Notes: a model not told the origin generated them from the letters alone. A DNA stretch of 64,000 bases from an uncultured Actinomycetota bacterium (GCA_963770725.1 CAVYQT010000002.1:126462-190461), one strand, 5' to 3'; shown: positions 43,248 through 53,871, numbered from the stretch's first letter. A program made the numbers and translations.

Positions 43248-43652
43248 ATGGCCGATGACTCCGCGAAGCACCTCGAGGTAGCCCTCGTCGCGGCGGAGCG
43301 GACGGTCTGGCAGGGGCAGGCGAAGATCGTCATCGCCCGCACCACCGACGGTGACGTCGGTATCCTGCCCGGCCACGCGCCGCTGCTGGGCCTGCTGCAG
43401 GGTGGCACCGTCCAGGTGCGGACCGTCGACGACGAGTACTTCGTCGCGGCCGCCCCGGACGGCTTCATCTCGGTGGCGAACGACCGGGTCTCGATCCTGG
43501 CCGAGAACGCCGAGATGGGTCACGACATCGACCTGGAGGAGGCCCGCCGCGATCTCGAGCGGGCCCTGGCCACCGGGAGCGACACCGAGGGCGCCCAGGA
43601 AGACGTCCGGCTCGCCGAGGCGAGGGTGAGGGCCGCCGAGAAGGCGGACTGA
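43248..43652 (+). CDS. atpC: ATP synthase F1 subunit epsilon
   Basis: GILPGHAP. Confidence 0.95.
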   Translation: MADDSAKHLEVALVAAERTVWQGQAKIVIARTTDGDVGILPGHAPLLGLLQGGTVQVRTVDDEYFVAAAPDGFISVANDRVSILAENAEMGHDIDLEEARRDLERALATGSDTEGAQEDVRLAEARVRAAEKAD

Positions 43653-43787
43653 CCGGCGTGGTGGGGTGGGGCCGCAGCGAGACTGACCCCACCTGCCATA
43701 ATTGAACATCGTCACTGACAGTACGGTTCTCCGGCGGTGCCCGGGGTTGTACCTGACAACGGGCACCGGAAATGGGGTCGGCAAGGT

Positions 43788-44220
43788 ATGCGGATAGTCC
43801 TCGATGTCGTCGGGGTCTGTCTGCTTGCCGCCGTACTGCTGATCGTCTCTGTTCGCGTGCCGCCGTCGCTGGTTGTCCAGGGACGGCGGCACGTTCGATT
43901 GCAGCCTGCAGCTGGCGCAGAAGGACCACGGTCGCGGCTGGGCGCTCGGCCTGGCCCGGTACGTCGGCGACGAGCTGCAGTGGTTTCGCGTCTTCAGCCT
44001 CGCCTGGTGGCCCAAACTCGTGGTCAACCGCCGCCGGCTCGAAGGCGTCACCAGCCGCCGCCCGATGGGCAACGAGCCCTTGGTCACGTACGCCGGCCAC
44101 GTCATCGTCGACGCCGACCTCCGCGACCGCACGGTCCACTTCGCCATGACCGAAGAGGCCCTCACCGGCGTCCTCGCCTGGATGGAATCCGCCCCACCCA
44201 GCAGCCAGACCTACCACTGA
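43788..44220 (+). CDS. DUF2550 family protein (frameshift near 43850)
   Basis: TM N-term, GGTFDCSL, WFRVFSL, WMESAPP; conserved position after atpC. Confidence 0.8.
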
Positions 44221-44457
44221 ACCCTGACACCACCCACCTGCTGACATCACCGCCCAAAGGTCACTAGGTGGCTGGTGTCGAACGGGCCCTGGCGGGTTGG
44301 ATGACGCCAGCTGTTGGGGCTGAGAGGGTCTCAGGCTGTTGGTTTGTCGGTGCGCTGGATTCGCAGGCGAGCTCGGTCAGCACTGATCGGCAGCGTTCGG
44401 GCCGGTTCTGAGGGGTGATCGAACGCGCGTTGGCGGTGACGAGTGGTCGCCAGTGCC

Positions 44458-46161
44458 TCAGCTGGTGGCTGTGATCCAGGTTTGGCCGGGGCCGCGGCGG
44501 ATCCCGAGCATGCCGAGGCGAGCCAGGTTGGTTGCGGCGGCGAGCAGACAGAGGTCGGCGGCGACCTTGGTGCGGCCGCGGACCCTGGCGCGGCGGCCGC
44601 CGTGCCTGCGGCGCATCAGGTGGCCGATCTTGCGTTCCACCTTCGGGCGGGTGGCCTTGTAGTCGGCCCGCCAGGCCGGGTCGGTCTGCGCGGCGCGGGC
44701 CCGGGCCAGCTCGGCCTCATAGGGGCTGATGCTGACCCTGCGGCCGGCAGCGGAGCTGGTGCATTGCGCGGCCAGCGGGCAACTGGTGCAGGCCTTGGCG
44801 AACACGGCGCTGCCACCACCGGCCTTGACCGGGCGAATCTTCACGGTCACCTCGCCGGGGCAGGTGACGGTGCCCGCTTCCAGGTCGACGCCGAAGCGGT
44901 CCTTGGCGAACCGGCCACCCGGCGCAACCGGTGGCTGCACCTTGGTCTTGATCTCCGCGCCGGCCTTCTCCAGCCTGGCTAGCAGTTCCCCGGCGCCGTA
45001 GGCGGCGTCGCCATAGACCGCCAGCGCATCGTCGCCACGCTGCCCTGGCTCGTCGCCGTGGGCTTGGATCTCGTCGCTGAGCAACTCGGTTCCGTCGCCG
45101 TCACCGTCACTGTCGTGCTCGTCGCCGTCACCGTCACTGTCGTGCTCGTCGCCGCTGGTGTCGCAGGCGTCGGCCCCGATGTCGTCGGCGAGCAGGTCCT
45201 CGGCCGGCCCGGCGTCGCCGGTGTTGCCCGCGCTGACCGTGGTGGCGGTGATGATCTCCGAGTCGGGGTCGATCGCGATGTGGCCCTTGTAGCCGTCGAA
45301 ACCCCGAGCCAAGGTCTTGTGCCCGTGCCTGGTCTGCGGGTCCACGGTGGAGATCACCCGGTCCCTGGCGACCCGGCGGGCGATCCGGAACACCCCGTCA
45401 GCCTCGTGGTCGAGGTCTTGGCCCACCACCGTGGCCAGCAGTTGCGCCGCCTGCGCAACACCGGCGTCGAGGTCGCGGCCGTCCAACGCGGCCAGCAGCG
45501 CCATCGCATCGCGGGCCAACGCGTCCACCAACGCCTCACGCCCCGCCGCATCCTCGTAGTCACAGACCGGCTTGCCCGCACTGGCGTAGTCGTCGTCGCG
45601 ACCCAGCAGCCCACGCAACTCGGTCTCCAGCCCGGCATCGACGGCCTTGAGCAACCCGCGGATCGCCGAACGCACCAAGGTGACGGTGTCCATCGTGGCC
45701 ACCGCGTCATACAACGGGGTGGAATCCAGCACCCGCCTGCGCCCGACCAGACCGGCCGCCTTCGCCGCCTCCAGCGTGACCTCGAAGATCCGGTCCGGCC
45801 GCTTCGAGGCGGCCAGCCGGGCACGCATGTCCACCAGCACCGTGTGCACGAACCCGGGATAGTCGAAGTCCAGCCCACCCGCGGCATACTTCCACCGCGC
45901 GTCGAACGAGAACCGGTCGACCGCCTCCCGATCCGACAGGCCCTCGATGCGCTGCAACACCATCACCACCGCCACGATCATCGGCGGCACACTACGGCGG
46001 CCCACATCGGTGAACAGGTCGGCGAACATCTCGTCGGGGAACAGGTTGAAACACTCCCGGTGCAGCACCCCATAGATCGAGTCCGGCGCCACCCGGCCAT
46101 CGCAGTAGTTGGCCGTCGTTCGCAGCAGATCCGCCTGCCTCGGCGACTGTCCCAGCGTCAC
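44458..46161 (-). CDS. DDE transposase (IS1182/IS5-superfamily type)
   Basis: EGLSDREA, LDSTP, GYKGH, GDAAYG, CTSCPLAAQC, YKATRPKVER. Confidence 0.9.
   Translation of the reverse strand: MTLGQSPRQADLLRTTANYCDGRVAPDSIYGVLHRECFNLFPDEMFADLFTDVGRRSVPPMIVAVVMVLQRIEGLSDREAVDRFSFDARWKYAAGGLDFDYPGFVHTVLVDMRARLAASKRPDRIFEVTLEAAKAAGLVGRRRVLDSTPLYDAVATMDTVTLVRSAIRGLLKAVDAGLETELRGLLGRDDDYASAGKPVCDYEDAAGREALVDALARDAMALLAALDGRDLDAGVAQAAQLLATVVGQDLDHEADGVFRIARRVARDRVISTVDPQTRHGHKTLARGFDGYKGHIAIDPDSEIITATTVSAGNTGDAGPAEDLLADDIGADACDTSGDEHDSDGDGDEHDSDGDGDGTELLSDEIQAHGDEPGQRGDDALAVYGDAAYGAGELLARLEKAGAEIKTKVQPPVAPGGRFAKDRFGVDLEAGTVTCPGEVTVKIRPVKAGGGSAVFAKACTSCPLAAQCTSSAAGRRVSISPYEAELARARAAQTDPAWRADYKATRPKVERKIGHLMRRRHGGRRARVRGRTKVAADLCLLAAATNLARLGMLGIRRGPGQTWITATS
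45094..45154 (-). repeat. 27-bp tandem duplication inside transposase (DEHDSDGDG x2)
   Basis: GTCGCCGTCACCGTCACTGTCGTGCTC twice plus 7 bp. Confidence 0.9.
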
Positions 46162-46260
46162 CCCAGCATCCTGCCCAACCGGCCAGGCCCACCCGGTCAC
46201 CGCCACGCGAAAAACACCATCCACCTAGGCTCACCTGCCGTGACCTGAGGGGGGCACTGG

Positions 46261-47297
46261 ATGAAGCATGGGAACAAGCCGTTCACGGCGTTGCTGCCGT
46301 TCGACCTGTGGGGAAGCGGCACCTGGTGCAACCAGGAAGTGGTGGGGGAGAGCCATCATCTGCCGGAGCTTCGGCGGCTCTTCGGGCAGGTGAGCGGCCG
46401 CGAGCGGGAATTCGAGTGCTCGCCGCTCCTGGTCCCCGAGCCGGACAACAAGGTCGATCCCGCAGCGGTCGCGGTTCAGATCGAGGGACGGACCGTCGGC
46501 TACCTGCCGAGGGAGATCGCCGGTGCCTACCGGCAGATTCTTGCCGCGCTGACCGCACGGGGCCAGGTGGCACGGGTGCGTGGCCGGGTCTGGGGCGGCA
46601 TGGAGACGGACTACGAAAGCAACCGTGCCGGTCGGCTGGTTGAGAAGGAGCGGTTCGCCGCCAGCGTGACGATCGCACTCGCGGAGCCGCACCTCTGTAC
46701 GCCGGTCAACGTCCGTCCCGTCGTACCCCACCTGCTCTTGCCGGATGGTGGCGCAGTACAGATCAGCGGCGAGGACAAGTGCATGCCCGCGATCGAGCCG
46801 CATCTGCGGCCCGAGGGTGAGGGGTACGTCTACGCAACACTGCACGAGCTCGCCGACACGAGCGGTCGTACCGTCAAGGAACTGGTCGAGGTGCGCGTCG
46901 ACGGCCTGCGTGTCGGCCAGCTGACGCCGAAGATGAGTGGCGATCTGCTGCCGGCCATCCGGCATCTCGACGCCCAGGGCATGGCCACCGCGGTGAAAGC
47001 CAAGGTCAAGGGCAACCGGCTGAAGGCGGAGATCACCATTCATGGTGCCAAGGCCCACGAGCTTCCCGCCGACTGGCCGTCGGCCGGCACCGCACCGCTG
47101 CAGGACGTCGTCGAACGCGCCGTACCTGGGCCTGGGGCAACTGTGCATTCGCTGTGCCGCCCAAGCCGCAGATCAGGTTCGTTCCGGCGCCAGGTTGGCC
47201 GCCTCCTCCCGAAGGCTGGGAGCCACCTCCAGGCTGGTCGCCCGACCCCGGCTGGCCTCCTGCACCACCGGCCTGGCAGTTCTGGGTGATGACGTAG
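46261..47297 (+). CDS. HIRAN-domain protein with Trp/Pro-rich tail (frameshift near 47140)
   Basis: VVGESHH...PEPDNKVDPAAVAVQIEGRTVGYLPR; other frame PGWPPPPEGWEPPPGWSPDPGWPPAPPAWQFW. Confidence 0.7.
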
Positions 47298-47370
47298 CGC
47301 GCGTCCGGTCCACGGCACCTGTACTGACCCTGGAACTGGGGTACATACAGGGCGTGGACCAGGAGGGGCA

Positions 47371-49494
47371 GTGAATCGCTCCCGGCGGGCTGGGCTGATC
47401 GCCTGCGTCGTCGCTGCTGGGCTGTTGCCGCCGGTTCTTCCAGCCATCGCGTCGGCGCCGTTGCGTATCGAGGTTCTGTCGGGGCGGGCGGACAAGGTGA
47501 CCGGCGGCGATGCACTCGTGCACGTCGACGTACCGCCCGGAGGCGCGCGGGTGCGAGTGACGTTGAACGGGAATGACGTCACCGGGGCGTTCAGTGCCGA
47601 CGCGCGGGGGCTGACCGGTCTGGTCGGGGGTATGCGGTTGGGGTCGAACCTGTTGCGAGCCGACGCCGGGGATCAGCGGGCGTCTCTTGATGTGCGGAAC
47701 TATCCGCGGCATGGGCCGGTGTTCTCGGGGCCGCATCAGCGGCCGTTTGTGTGTGAGACGGCGACGTTCACCATTCCGGTTGTCGGTGGGAAGTTGGGCG
47801 AGCCGCTCGATGCCAACTGCAGGGTCGCGCCGCGGGTTGACTACTTCTACCGGACGACTGCGGGGGAGTGGGCCGTGTGGCCGGCTCGCGCCACGTCGTA
47901 CCCGGCTGATTTGGCGCGGACGACGAACTCGCTCGGGGTGAAGGTGCCGTTCGTCGTGCGGATGGAGACCGGTAGCGCCAACCGAGCCGTCGTGCAGGCC
48001 AGCATGTTGCACGACCCGCTGGGCGAGGCCGTACCGACATCCACCAGGCGCACCGCAGGCTGGAACGGCCGGGCAGTCTTCACTCTCGGCGGCGGCTGCG
48101 CCGGCGGTTGGTACCGCTCCGGCAGCACGACCGGCGGGGTGACGGACGCCTTCCTGCTCGGCCGCGGTTATGCGCTGATGTCGTCGTCGCTGAACGTCTT
48201 CGGCCAGAACTGCAACGACCTGACCGCGGCCGAGTCGGCGATGATGACGAAGGAACAGTTCGTCGAGCACTACGGCCGGCCGGTGTACACCGTCGGTTTC
48301 GGCTGCTCGGGCGGCTCATACCAGGCGCATCAGATCACCGACAACTACCCGGGCATCTTCGACGGGATCATCGCCGGCTGCTCGTTCCCGGACGTCGGGT
48401 TCGGGACGGTCACGTTCATCAGCGACGCCTGGTTGCTGGACTCCTACTTCACGTCCCGCGCGCGCGTTCCGTGGACCCAGGAGCAGAAGCGTCAGGTGTC
48501 GGGGTTCGCGACGTACGCAACCCTGCCGAGTATGGCGCTCAGCGCCGGCCGTATCGACCCGCGCCGCAACTGCGACATCATCCCGGCCGCGGACCGCTAC
48601 GACCCGGTCGAGAACCCGCGCGGCGTGCGCTGCGACGTCTTCGACCACGCGATCAACGCGTACGGCGCGGATCCGGCGACCGGGTTCGCGCGGCGGCCGA
48701 TGGACAACGTCGGCGTGCAGTACGGGCTCGCCGTACTGCGGTCCGGGGCGATCACGCCGGACCAGTTCCTCGACCTCAACCAGCGGGTCGGCGGATTCGA
48801 CGCCGACGCGAACCTGGTGCCGGCCCGGACCGTCGCGGATCCGCAGGCGGTGCGTACGGCGTACCGGACCGGGCGACTGACCAGCGGTGGGGGAGGGCTG
48901 GCCGACGTACCGATCATCGACTATCGCGCGTACTACGACGATCAGCCGAACGGCGACATCCACGTCAGGTACCACACGTTCTCGATGCGGGCGCGACTCG
49001 AGAAGGCGAACGGGACGTCGGCGAATCACGTGAGCCTGCTGGAGGACGCGCAGTACGGCCTCTTCAGCACGGCGAGCCCACTGGTGCAGCACGCCGTCGA
49101 CTCGCTCGATCAGTGGCTGACCGATCTCGCCGCCGACGACTCGTCCCGCCCACGGATCGACAAGATCGTCGACGCCCGGCCGTCCGCCCTGGTGGAAGGC
49201 TGCCGGGCGCCGGAGGGATTCGTTGCCCAACCGCTCGATCGCAATCCGTCGACCCGGTGCGAACAGCTCTTCCCGTCCGCCTCCTTCCCGCGCGAGGTCG
49301 CCGGCGCTGGAGTGGCCGCGGACGTGGTGAAGTGCAGCCTGCGTACGCCGGTCCGCACCGAGTACGGCGTGGAGTGGACCGACGCGCAGTGGATGCGGCT
49401 GCTCAAGATCTTCCCGGGTGGAGTCTGCGACTACTCCAAGCCCGGGATCGGCCAGCAACCCCTCGCCGGCACCTGGCTCACGTTCCCAAACTGA
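47371..49494 (+). CDS. Secreted tannase-like alpha/beta hydrolase (DUF6351-like)
   Basis: Signal peptide, GCSGG nucleophile motif, C-terminal FPGGVCDYSKPG. Confidence 0.7.
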   Translation: MNRSRRAGLIACVVAAGLLPPVLPAIASAPLRIEVLSGRADKVTGGDALVHVDVPPGGARVRVTLNGNDVTGAFSADARGLTGLVGGMRLGSNLLRADAGDQRASLDVRNYPRHGPVFSGPHQRPFVCETATFTIPVVGGKLGEPLDANCRVAPRVDYFYRTTAGEWAVWPARATSYPADLARTTNSLGVKVPFVVRMETGSANRAVVQASMLHDPLGEAVPTSTRRTAGWNGRAVFTLGGGCAGGWYRSGSTTGGVTDAFLLGRGYALMSSSLNVFGQNCNDLTAAESAMMTKEQFVEHYGRPVYTVGFGCSGGSYQAHQITDNYPGIFDGIIAGCSFPDVGFGTVTFISDAWLLDSYFTSRARVPWTQEQKRQVSGFATYATLPSMALSAGRIDPRRNCDIIPAADRYDPVENPRGVRCDVFDHAINAYGADPATGFARRPMDNVGVQYGLAVLRSGAITPDQFLDLNQRVGGFDADANLVPARTVADPQAVRTAYRTGRLTSGGGGLADVPIIDYRAYYDDQPNGDIHVRYHTFSMRARLEKANGTSANHVSLLEDAQYGLFSTASPLVQHAVDSLDQWLTDLAADDSSRPRIDKIVDARPSALVEGCRAPEGFVAQPLDRNPSTRCEQLFPSASFPREVAGAGVAADVVKCSLRTPVRTEYGVEWTDAQWMRLLKIFPGGVCDYSKPGIGQQPLAGTWLTFPN

Positions 49495-50400
49495 ACCGGA
49501 ATCGGTGCGTCTGGGGCTGTAGGTCGTACGGCGGCAGGATCGGTGCGCCACTCGTCGGACTGCCGAGGCCGTGCTGCACAGCTTGAGCTTGCCGGCAGTC
49601 CCGGTGAGTTCGGCCCAGCGCACGTCACCACGAGCGCCGTTCTCCTGGGGATAGAGGTAGGGCACCTGCAGTTCGTCGATGGTCGCGGTGTACCGCCCGA
49701 TCCGGGATGCGGCCCGCGAGTCCGGATACGCCTGGCCCGGGCCCAGCCCGAACCAGGTGACCTGCTGGAAGCCCGCCGGCCATCCGAGCGTCACCCCGAG
49801 CCGCGCCCAAGGCACCGTCCAGTGCCCCATCGGCTCCACGTCCACCTCAGCCGCCAACCGTTCCCCGTCCGAGGTCCAGCGGTACGTCGTCAGCACACGA
49901 GCGTCGGTCGCGGCCGCGCCAATCATCGTCAGCACCACCAACGCGTCACCGTCGGGCTCCACGGAGACGGTGCGGTACCGCAGCCGGTGCAGACCGGCGT
50001 CGGCCCACCGGGTCTTCCGGTCCAGCGTGGTCGCATCCCAGGTCCGCGCATCATGCTGAGTAGGCGCCCGCCACAACTCCAACGGCACATGCTCCACATC
50101 CCACGCGCCAAGCCGAGTCAACCGGCCGGTCCGCTCACAGAACTCGCCAGTGCCGAGGTGGATCCCGCCGGCGTTCGGTCGTTCCGGCCGCACGCCGGCG
50201 GGCGGGGGATTGGAGGGCGAGGCGGCCGAGCCCTCAACCGGCACGCCCGCCGCCACGTCTTCGGGCGCCTCGGTTGGCTTGAGCTGAGCTTGCGTGAAGG
50301 CGATCTCGTGGCCTGCGGCAGCCCAGGGGGTGTCGGAGCGGACGGCGGCACGTGGCGCCAGGACGCCGTACCCGGGTCCGGGGTCTTCGTAGTACGTCAT
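49478..50400 (-). pseudogene. GH2 beta-galactosidase (LacZ-like) remnant with two internal deletions
   Basis: First about 23 codons fused to TPWAAAGHEIA...LWRAPT...GPGQAYPDS...YLYPQENG, then QHGLGS...LPPYDL in another frame; catalytic barrel absent. Confidence 0.75.
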
Positions 50401-50432
50401 CTCATCCTTCTTGTGCGACTAGCATGCTGGGC

Positions 50433-51437
50433 ATGACGACGGCGAGTGCGGGACAGGGGCCGCGGCCGGGGGGTCGGCGGCAGCCGTCGGCTGATCATCT
50501 GCGGCTGCTCACCAAGGTCGCGAAGCTCTACCACGAGCAGGGCGTCCGCCAGCCGCAGATCGCCGCGCAGCTGCACATCTCGCAACCGCGGGTGTCCCGG
50601 TTGCTCAAGCAGGCCGTGCTGGCCGGCATCGTGCGGACGGTCGTCATCCCGCCGAGCGGCGTGCACACCGAGCTGGAGGACGCGATCGAGCAGCGGTACG
50701 GGCTGCGTGAGGTGATCGTGGTCGACGCCAGTGGTGAGGACGACGCGCACATCATCCCGGCGCTGGGCGCGGCCGCCGCGGTGTACCTGGAGACCACGCT
50801 CACCGGCGGTGACCGGATCGGCATCTCGTCCTGGAGTTCCACTCTGCTGGCGACCGTCGAGTCGATGACGCCGCGGCCGACCCAGGTCGCCGAGGAGGTC
50901 GTGCAGGTGCTCGGCGGTGTCGGCAACCCGGCCGCCCAAGCGCGGGCGGCGCGGTTGATCGGGCGGCTGGCGGATCTGACCGGCGCGGCGCCGGTGCTGC
51001 TGCCGGTGCCCGGTCTGGTCGGCAGCGTGAGCGCGAAGTGGACCCTGGTGAAGGACGCGGTCGTCAGCGAGGTCATGGACGCCTGGGCCAGGCTTACCCT
51101 GCTGCTCGTTGGGATCGGCAGTCTGGAGCCGTCGCCGCTGCTCAAGGAGAGCGGGAACGCGATGACCGCCGAAGATCAGAAGGTGCTGCGCGACCAGGGT
51201 GCCGTCGGCGACATCTGCCTGCGCTTCTTCGACGAGGACGGCAAGCCGGTCCGGTCCGAGCTCGACCAGCGCGTGCTCGGGTTGTCCGCGGCTCAGGTGC
51301 GCAGCGACGACCTCCGCAGCGTCGGTGTCGCGGGCGGGATGCGCAAGTACGCCGCCATCCGCGCCGCGCTCCTCGGACGCTGGGTCGACGTCCTCATCAC
51401 CGACCGCACCGTCGCCGAGCGTCTCGTCGGCGACTGA
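50433..51437 (+). CDS. SorC/DeoR sugar-binding transcriptional regulator (LsrR-like)
   Basis: VAKLYHEQGVRQPQIAAQLHISQPRVSRLL, GAVGDI, VLITD. Confidence 0.9.
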   Translation: MTTASAGQGPRPGGRRQPSADHLRLLTKVAKLYHEQGVRQPQIAAQLHISQPRVSRLLKQAVLAGIVRTVVIPPSGVHTELEDAIEQRYGLREVIVVDASGEDDAHIIPALGAAAAVYLETTLTGGDRIGISSWSSTLLATVESMTPRPTQVAEEVVQVLGGVGNPAAQARAARLIGRLADLTGAAPVLLPVPGLVGSVSAKWTLVKDAVVSEVMDAWARLTLLLVGIGSLEPSPLLKESGNAMTAEDQKVLRDQGAVGDICLRFFDEDGKPVRSELDQRVLGLSAAQVRSDDLRSVGVAGGMRKYAAIRAALLGRWVDVLITDRTVAERLVGD

Positions 51438-51438
51438 G

Positions 51439-51780
51439 CTAACGGGCATCGATCCACACAGTCATCGGACCGACATCCCGGTTGGCCCAGGCGTAGTACG
51501 GGATCGCGGTCAACGTCCGACCGTCGCGTGCGGGAACCTCGACCGTCGTCACCCCGCCGAGCAACTCCGGCCGCTCCCGCTCGACCAAGGAGCCGGGCAC
51601 GACAGCGGTCGAATCCAGTACGACGTCCTGGTCCAGCTGCTCGAAGCAGTACACCAATGGCCCACGCTCGATCGCCACACACCCGCGCACCGAGTCGACC
51701 CGATCGTCCGGCACGGTACGACGCGCTTGGACCGGCAACTCGAGCACGACCTCGTCGCCGACCGCCCAGGTCCGCTGCAC
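51439..51780 (-). pseudogene. C-terminal remnant of GH127 (beta-L-arabinofuranosidase-like) gene
   Basis: RTW..GD.V.LELP, RGCVAIERGPLVYCFE, IPYYAWANR..GPMTVW. Confidence 0.75.
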
Positions 51781-52463
51781 CGGGAGCAGGGAGCTGCTCG
51801 ACCTGATCCCGCGGATCGACGAGGACCCGTCCGTGCGTGCGGTGGTGGTCACCGGCGCAGGGGATCGGGCCTTCTCGGTCGGCAGCGACGTCGGCGAGCT
51901 CGACGCCTACGACGGCCCGTGGCACTTCCGCAACCGCCGCGACTACTGCGACGCGTTCCGTGGACTGCGGACGCCGGTGATCGCGGCGATCAACGGTTAC
52001 GCGTACGGCGGTGGCCTGGAGCTGGCGTTGTCGTGCGACATCCGGCTGGCCGCGTCGACCGCGAGCTTCGCGGCGGCCGAGATCAAGCTCGGGTGGATCG
52101 GCGGTGGGGGAGTGACCGCGCTGCTGACCGCAAGCGTGGCGGCGAGCGATGTGGCGATGATGCTGCTGACCGGTGATCCGATCGACGCCACAGAGGCGTT
52201 GCGGATCGGGCTGGTCAGCCGGGTGCTGCCCGGTGACGAGTTGTTGCCTGCGGCCACCGGGTTGGCGCACCGGATCGCCGAGCGGCCACCGATCGCGGCC
52301 CAGGCGGCGAAGGCGAACCTGCGGGCCGCCTTGTCGATGGGTCTCGAGCCGGCCATCCAGTACGAACGGGAGCTGCAGGCGGTAGCTCTCGGGACCCGCG
52401 ACGCCGCCGAAGGCCGGGCGGCCTTCGGCGAACGTCGTACGGGGAATCTTCGAAGGGCGGTGA
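51780..52463 (+). pseudogene. Enoyl-CoA hydratase/isomerase, 5'-truncated
   Basis: VVVTGAGDRAFSVGSD, AINGYAYGGGLELALSCDIR; the N-terminal NRP..NA region is missing. Confidence 0.75.
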
Positions 52464-52467
52464 GCCT

Positions 52468-52860
52468 GTGCCGACTGAGATCGCACCGGGAATCCATCGG
52501 TTGGCGACGGACTATCCGCATGTCTGCGGGCTGCCGTTGTGGCTGCACGTGATCGATGCCGGCTCCGAGCTGGTCCTGCTCGACGCCGGGATCGCGCCAC
52601 ACCCGAGGCGGCGACGGCGCCGGAGTTGGCTCAGCTCGGGTTGGGGCTGGCCGATCTGACGCTGGTGGTGAACAGCCATGCGCATCCGGATCACATGGGC
52701 GGCAACGCCGTACTGAAGCGGCACAGCGGCGCCCGGATCGCCGCGCCCGCGCTGGAGGCCGGCTGGCTGGAGGACAACGAGAAGCTGCTGGACGAGCTGT
52801 GGGGCTCTGACCCGGCGGCTCTCGCCCATCTCGAACTGCTGGGCCGCCGCCGCGTTGCCG
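52468..52860 (+). pseudogene. MBL-fold metallo-hydrolase, frameshifted and 3'-truncated
   Basis: LVLLDAG then NSHAHPDHMGGN (HxHxDH) in another frame. Confidence 0.7.
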
Positions 52861-52903
52861 AAACCCGCTGGCACCACGCGGGCTGAATCCGGCGTCCGCA
52901 GGA

Positions 52904-53043
52904 CGGAAACGTTCCCGGGACTGTCCGATTTCCGGATGAATTTCGGCCTGATACTGACCAATTCCGGCCACGACGCACCGACCGGGCTGCGCCATCGGTC
53001 AAGACACGCCAAGATCGACTCGGGGGGGCGGAAAGCGTTCTCC
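52904..53043. promoter_or_regulatory. Two LacI-family operator-like palindromes upstream of sugar ABC operon
   Basis: GGAAACGTTCCC (about 52904) and GGAAAGCGTTCTCC (about 53030). Confidence 0.45.
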
Positions 53044-53086
53044 GCCCCGGGGAGCGGCGTTCAGACGACGACGCAGGGAGTCTCGC

Positions 53087-53871
53087 GTGGCCCGAGCAGA
53101 CGGAATTCTCAGCCCGGAAGCGACAACAACCAGACCGATCGATCCCGCCGGTACCACCGGCTCCGGACCCCCGGGCAGCGGTGCCTCCGGGAGATCCTTC
53201 CTCCGTTCCAGCGAGAAGAAGCCGCGGCCCCGATCGCGCTGGCACTGCTGCTGAACAGCCTGCTGTCGGACCGGATCAAGCGGATCGTCCAGTCGGTGCT
53301 GTATCTGCCGCACTTCCTGTCCTGGGTGATCGTGATCGCGATCTTCCAGCAGGTGCTGGGCGGCAGCGGCATGATCAACAACTTCCTGCGGTCGCAGAGC
53401 ATCGCCACGATCGACTTCCTCGGCAATCCGGACACCTTCATCGCGCTGCTCAGCAGCCAGGTGATCTGGAAGGACACCGGGTGGGGGACGATCCTGTTCC
53501 TGGCCGCGCTGACGCAGATCGACCAAGGGCTGTACGAGGCAGCCCGGGTCGACGGCGCCTCGCGGATGCGGCAGCTGTGGCACATCACCGTTCCGGGGAT
53601 CCGCGGGTTGATCATCCTGCTGCTGATCCTGCGGCTCGGCGACTCGCTCACCGTCGGCTTCGAGCAGATCATCCTGCAGCAGAGTCTGGTCGGTAGACCG
53701 GCGAGCGAAGTGCTGGATACCTACGTCTACAACAACGGCGTGCTCGCGGGTCAGTGGGGCGTCTCGGCCGCGGTCGGCCTGGTGAAGGGTCTGGTTGCCG
53801 TCGTCCTGGTGCTCGGCGCCAACAAGATCGCCCACATCTTCGGCGAGGCGGGGGTGTACCGCAAAGCATGA
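53087..53871 (+). pseudogene. Carbohydrate ABC permease (LplB type) with internal deletion near 53225
   Basis: GGGAG RBS and GTG N-term joined out of frame to PIALALLLN...YLPHFLSW...LYEAARVDGA. Confidence 0.75.

Larger units (their letters stand above)
44268..46224 (-). mobile_element. IS1182-like insertion sequence, 1957 bp
   Basis: Terminal IRs GTGGCTGGTGT / ACACCATCCAC (10/11), CTAG at both flanks (44264-44267, 46225-46228). Confidence 0.85.

Noticed and set aside
48316-50400. 694-aa ORF as a real gene overlapping the secreted hydrolase
   Set aside because: Only the first about 270 aa are beta-galactosidase-derived; the rest is read-through antisense to the hydrolase after a deletion
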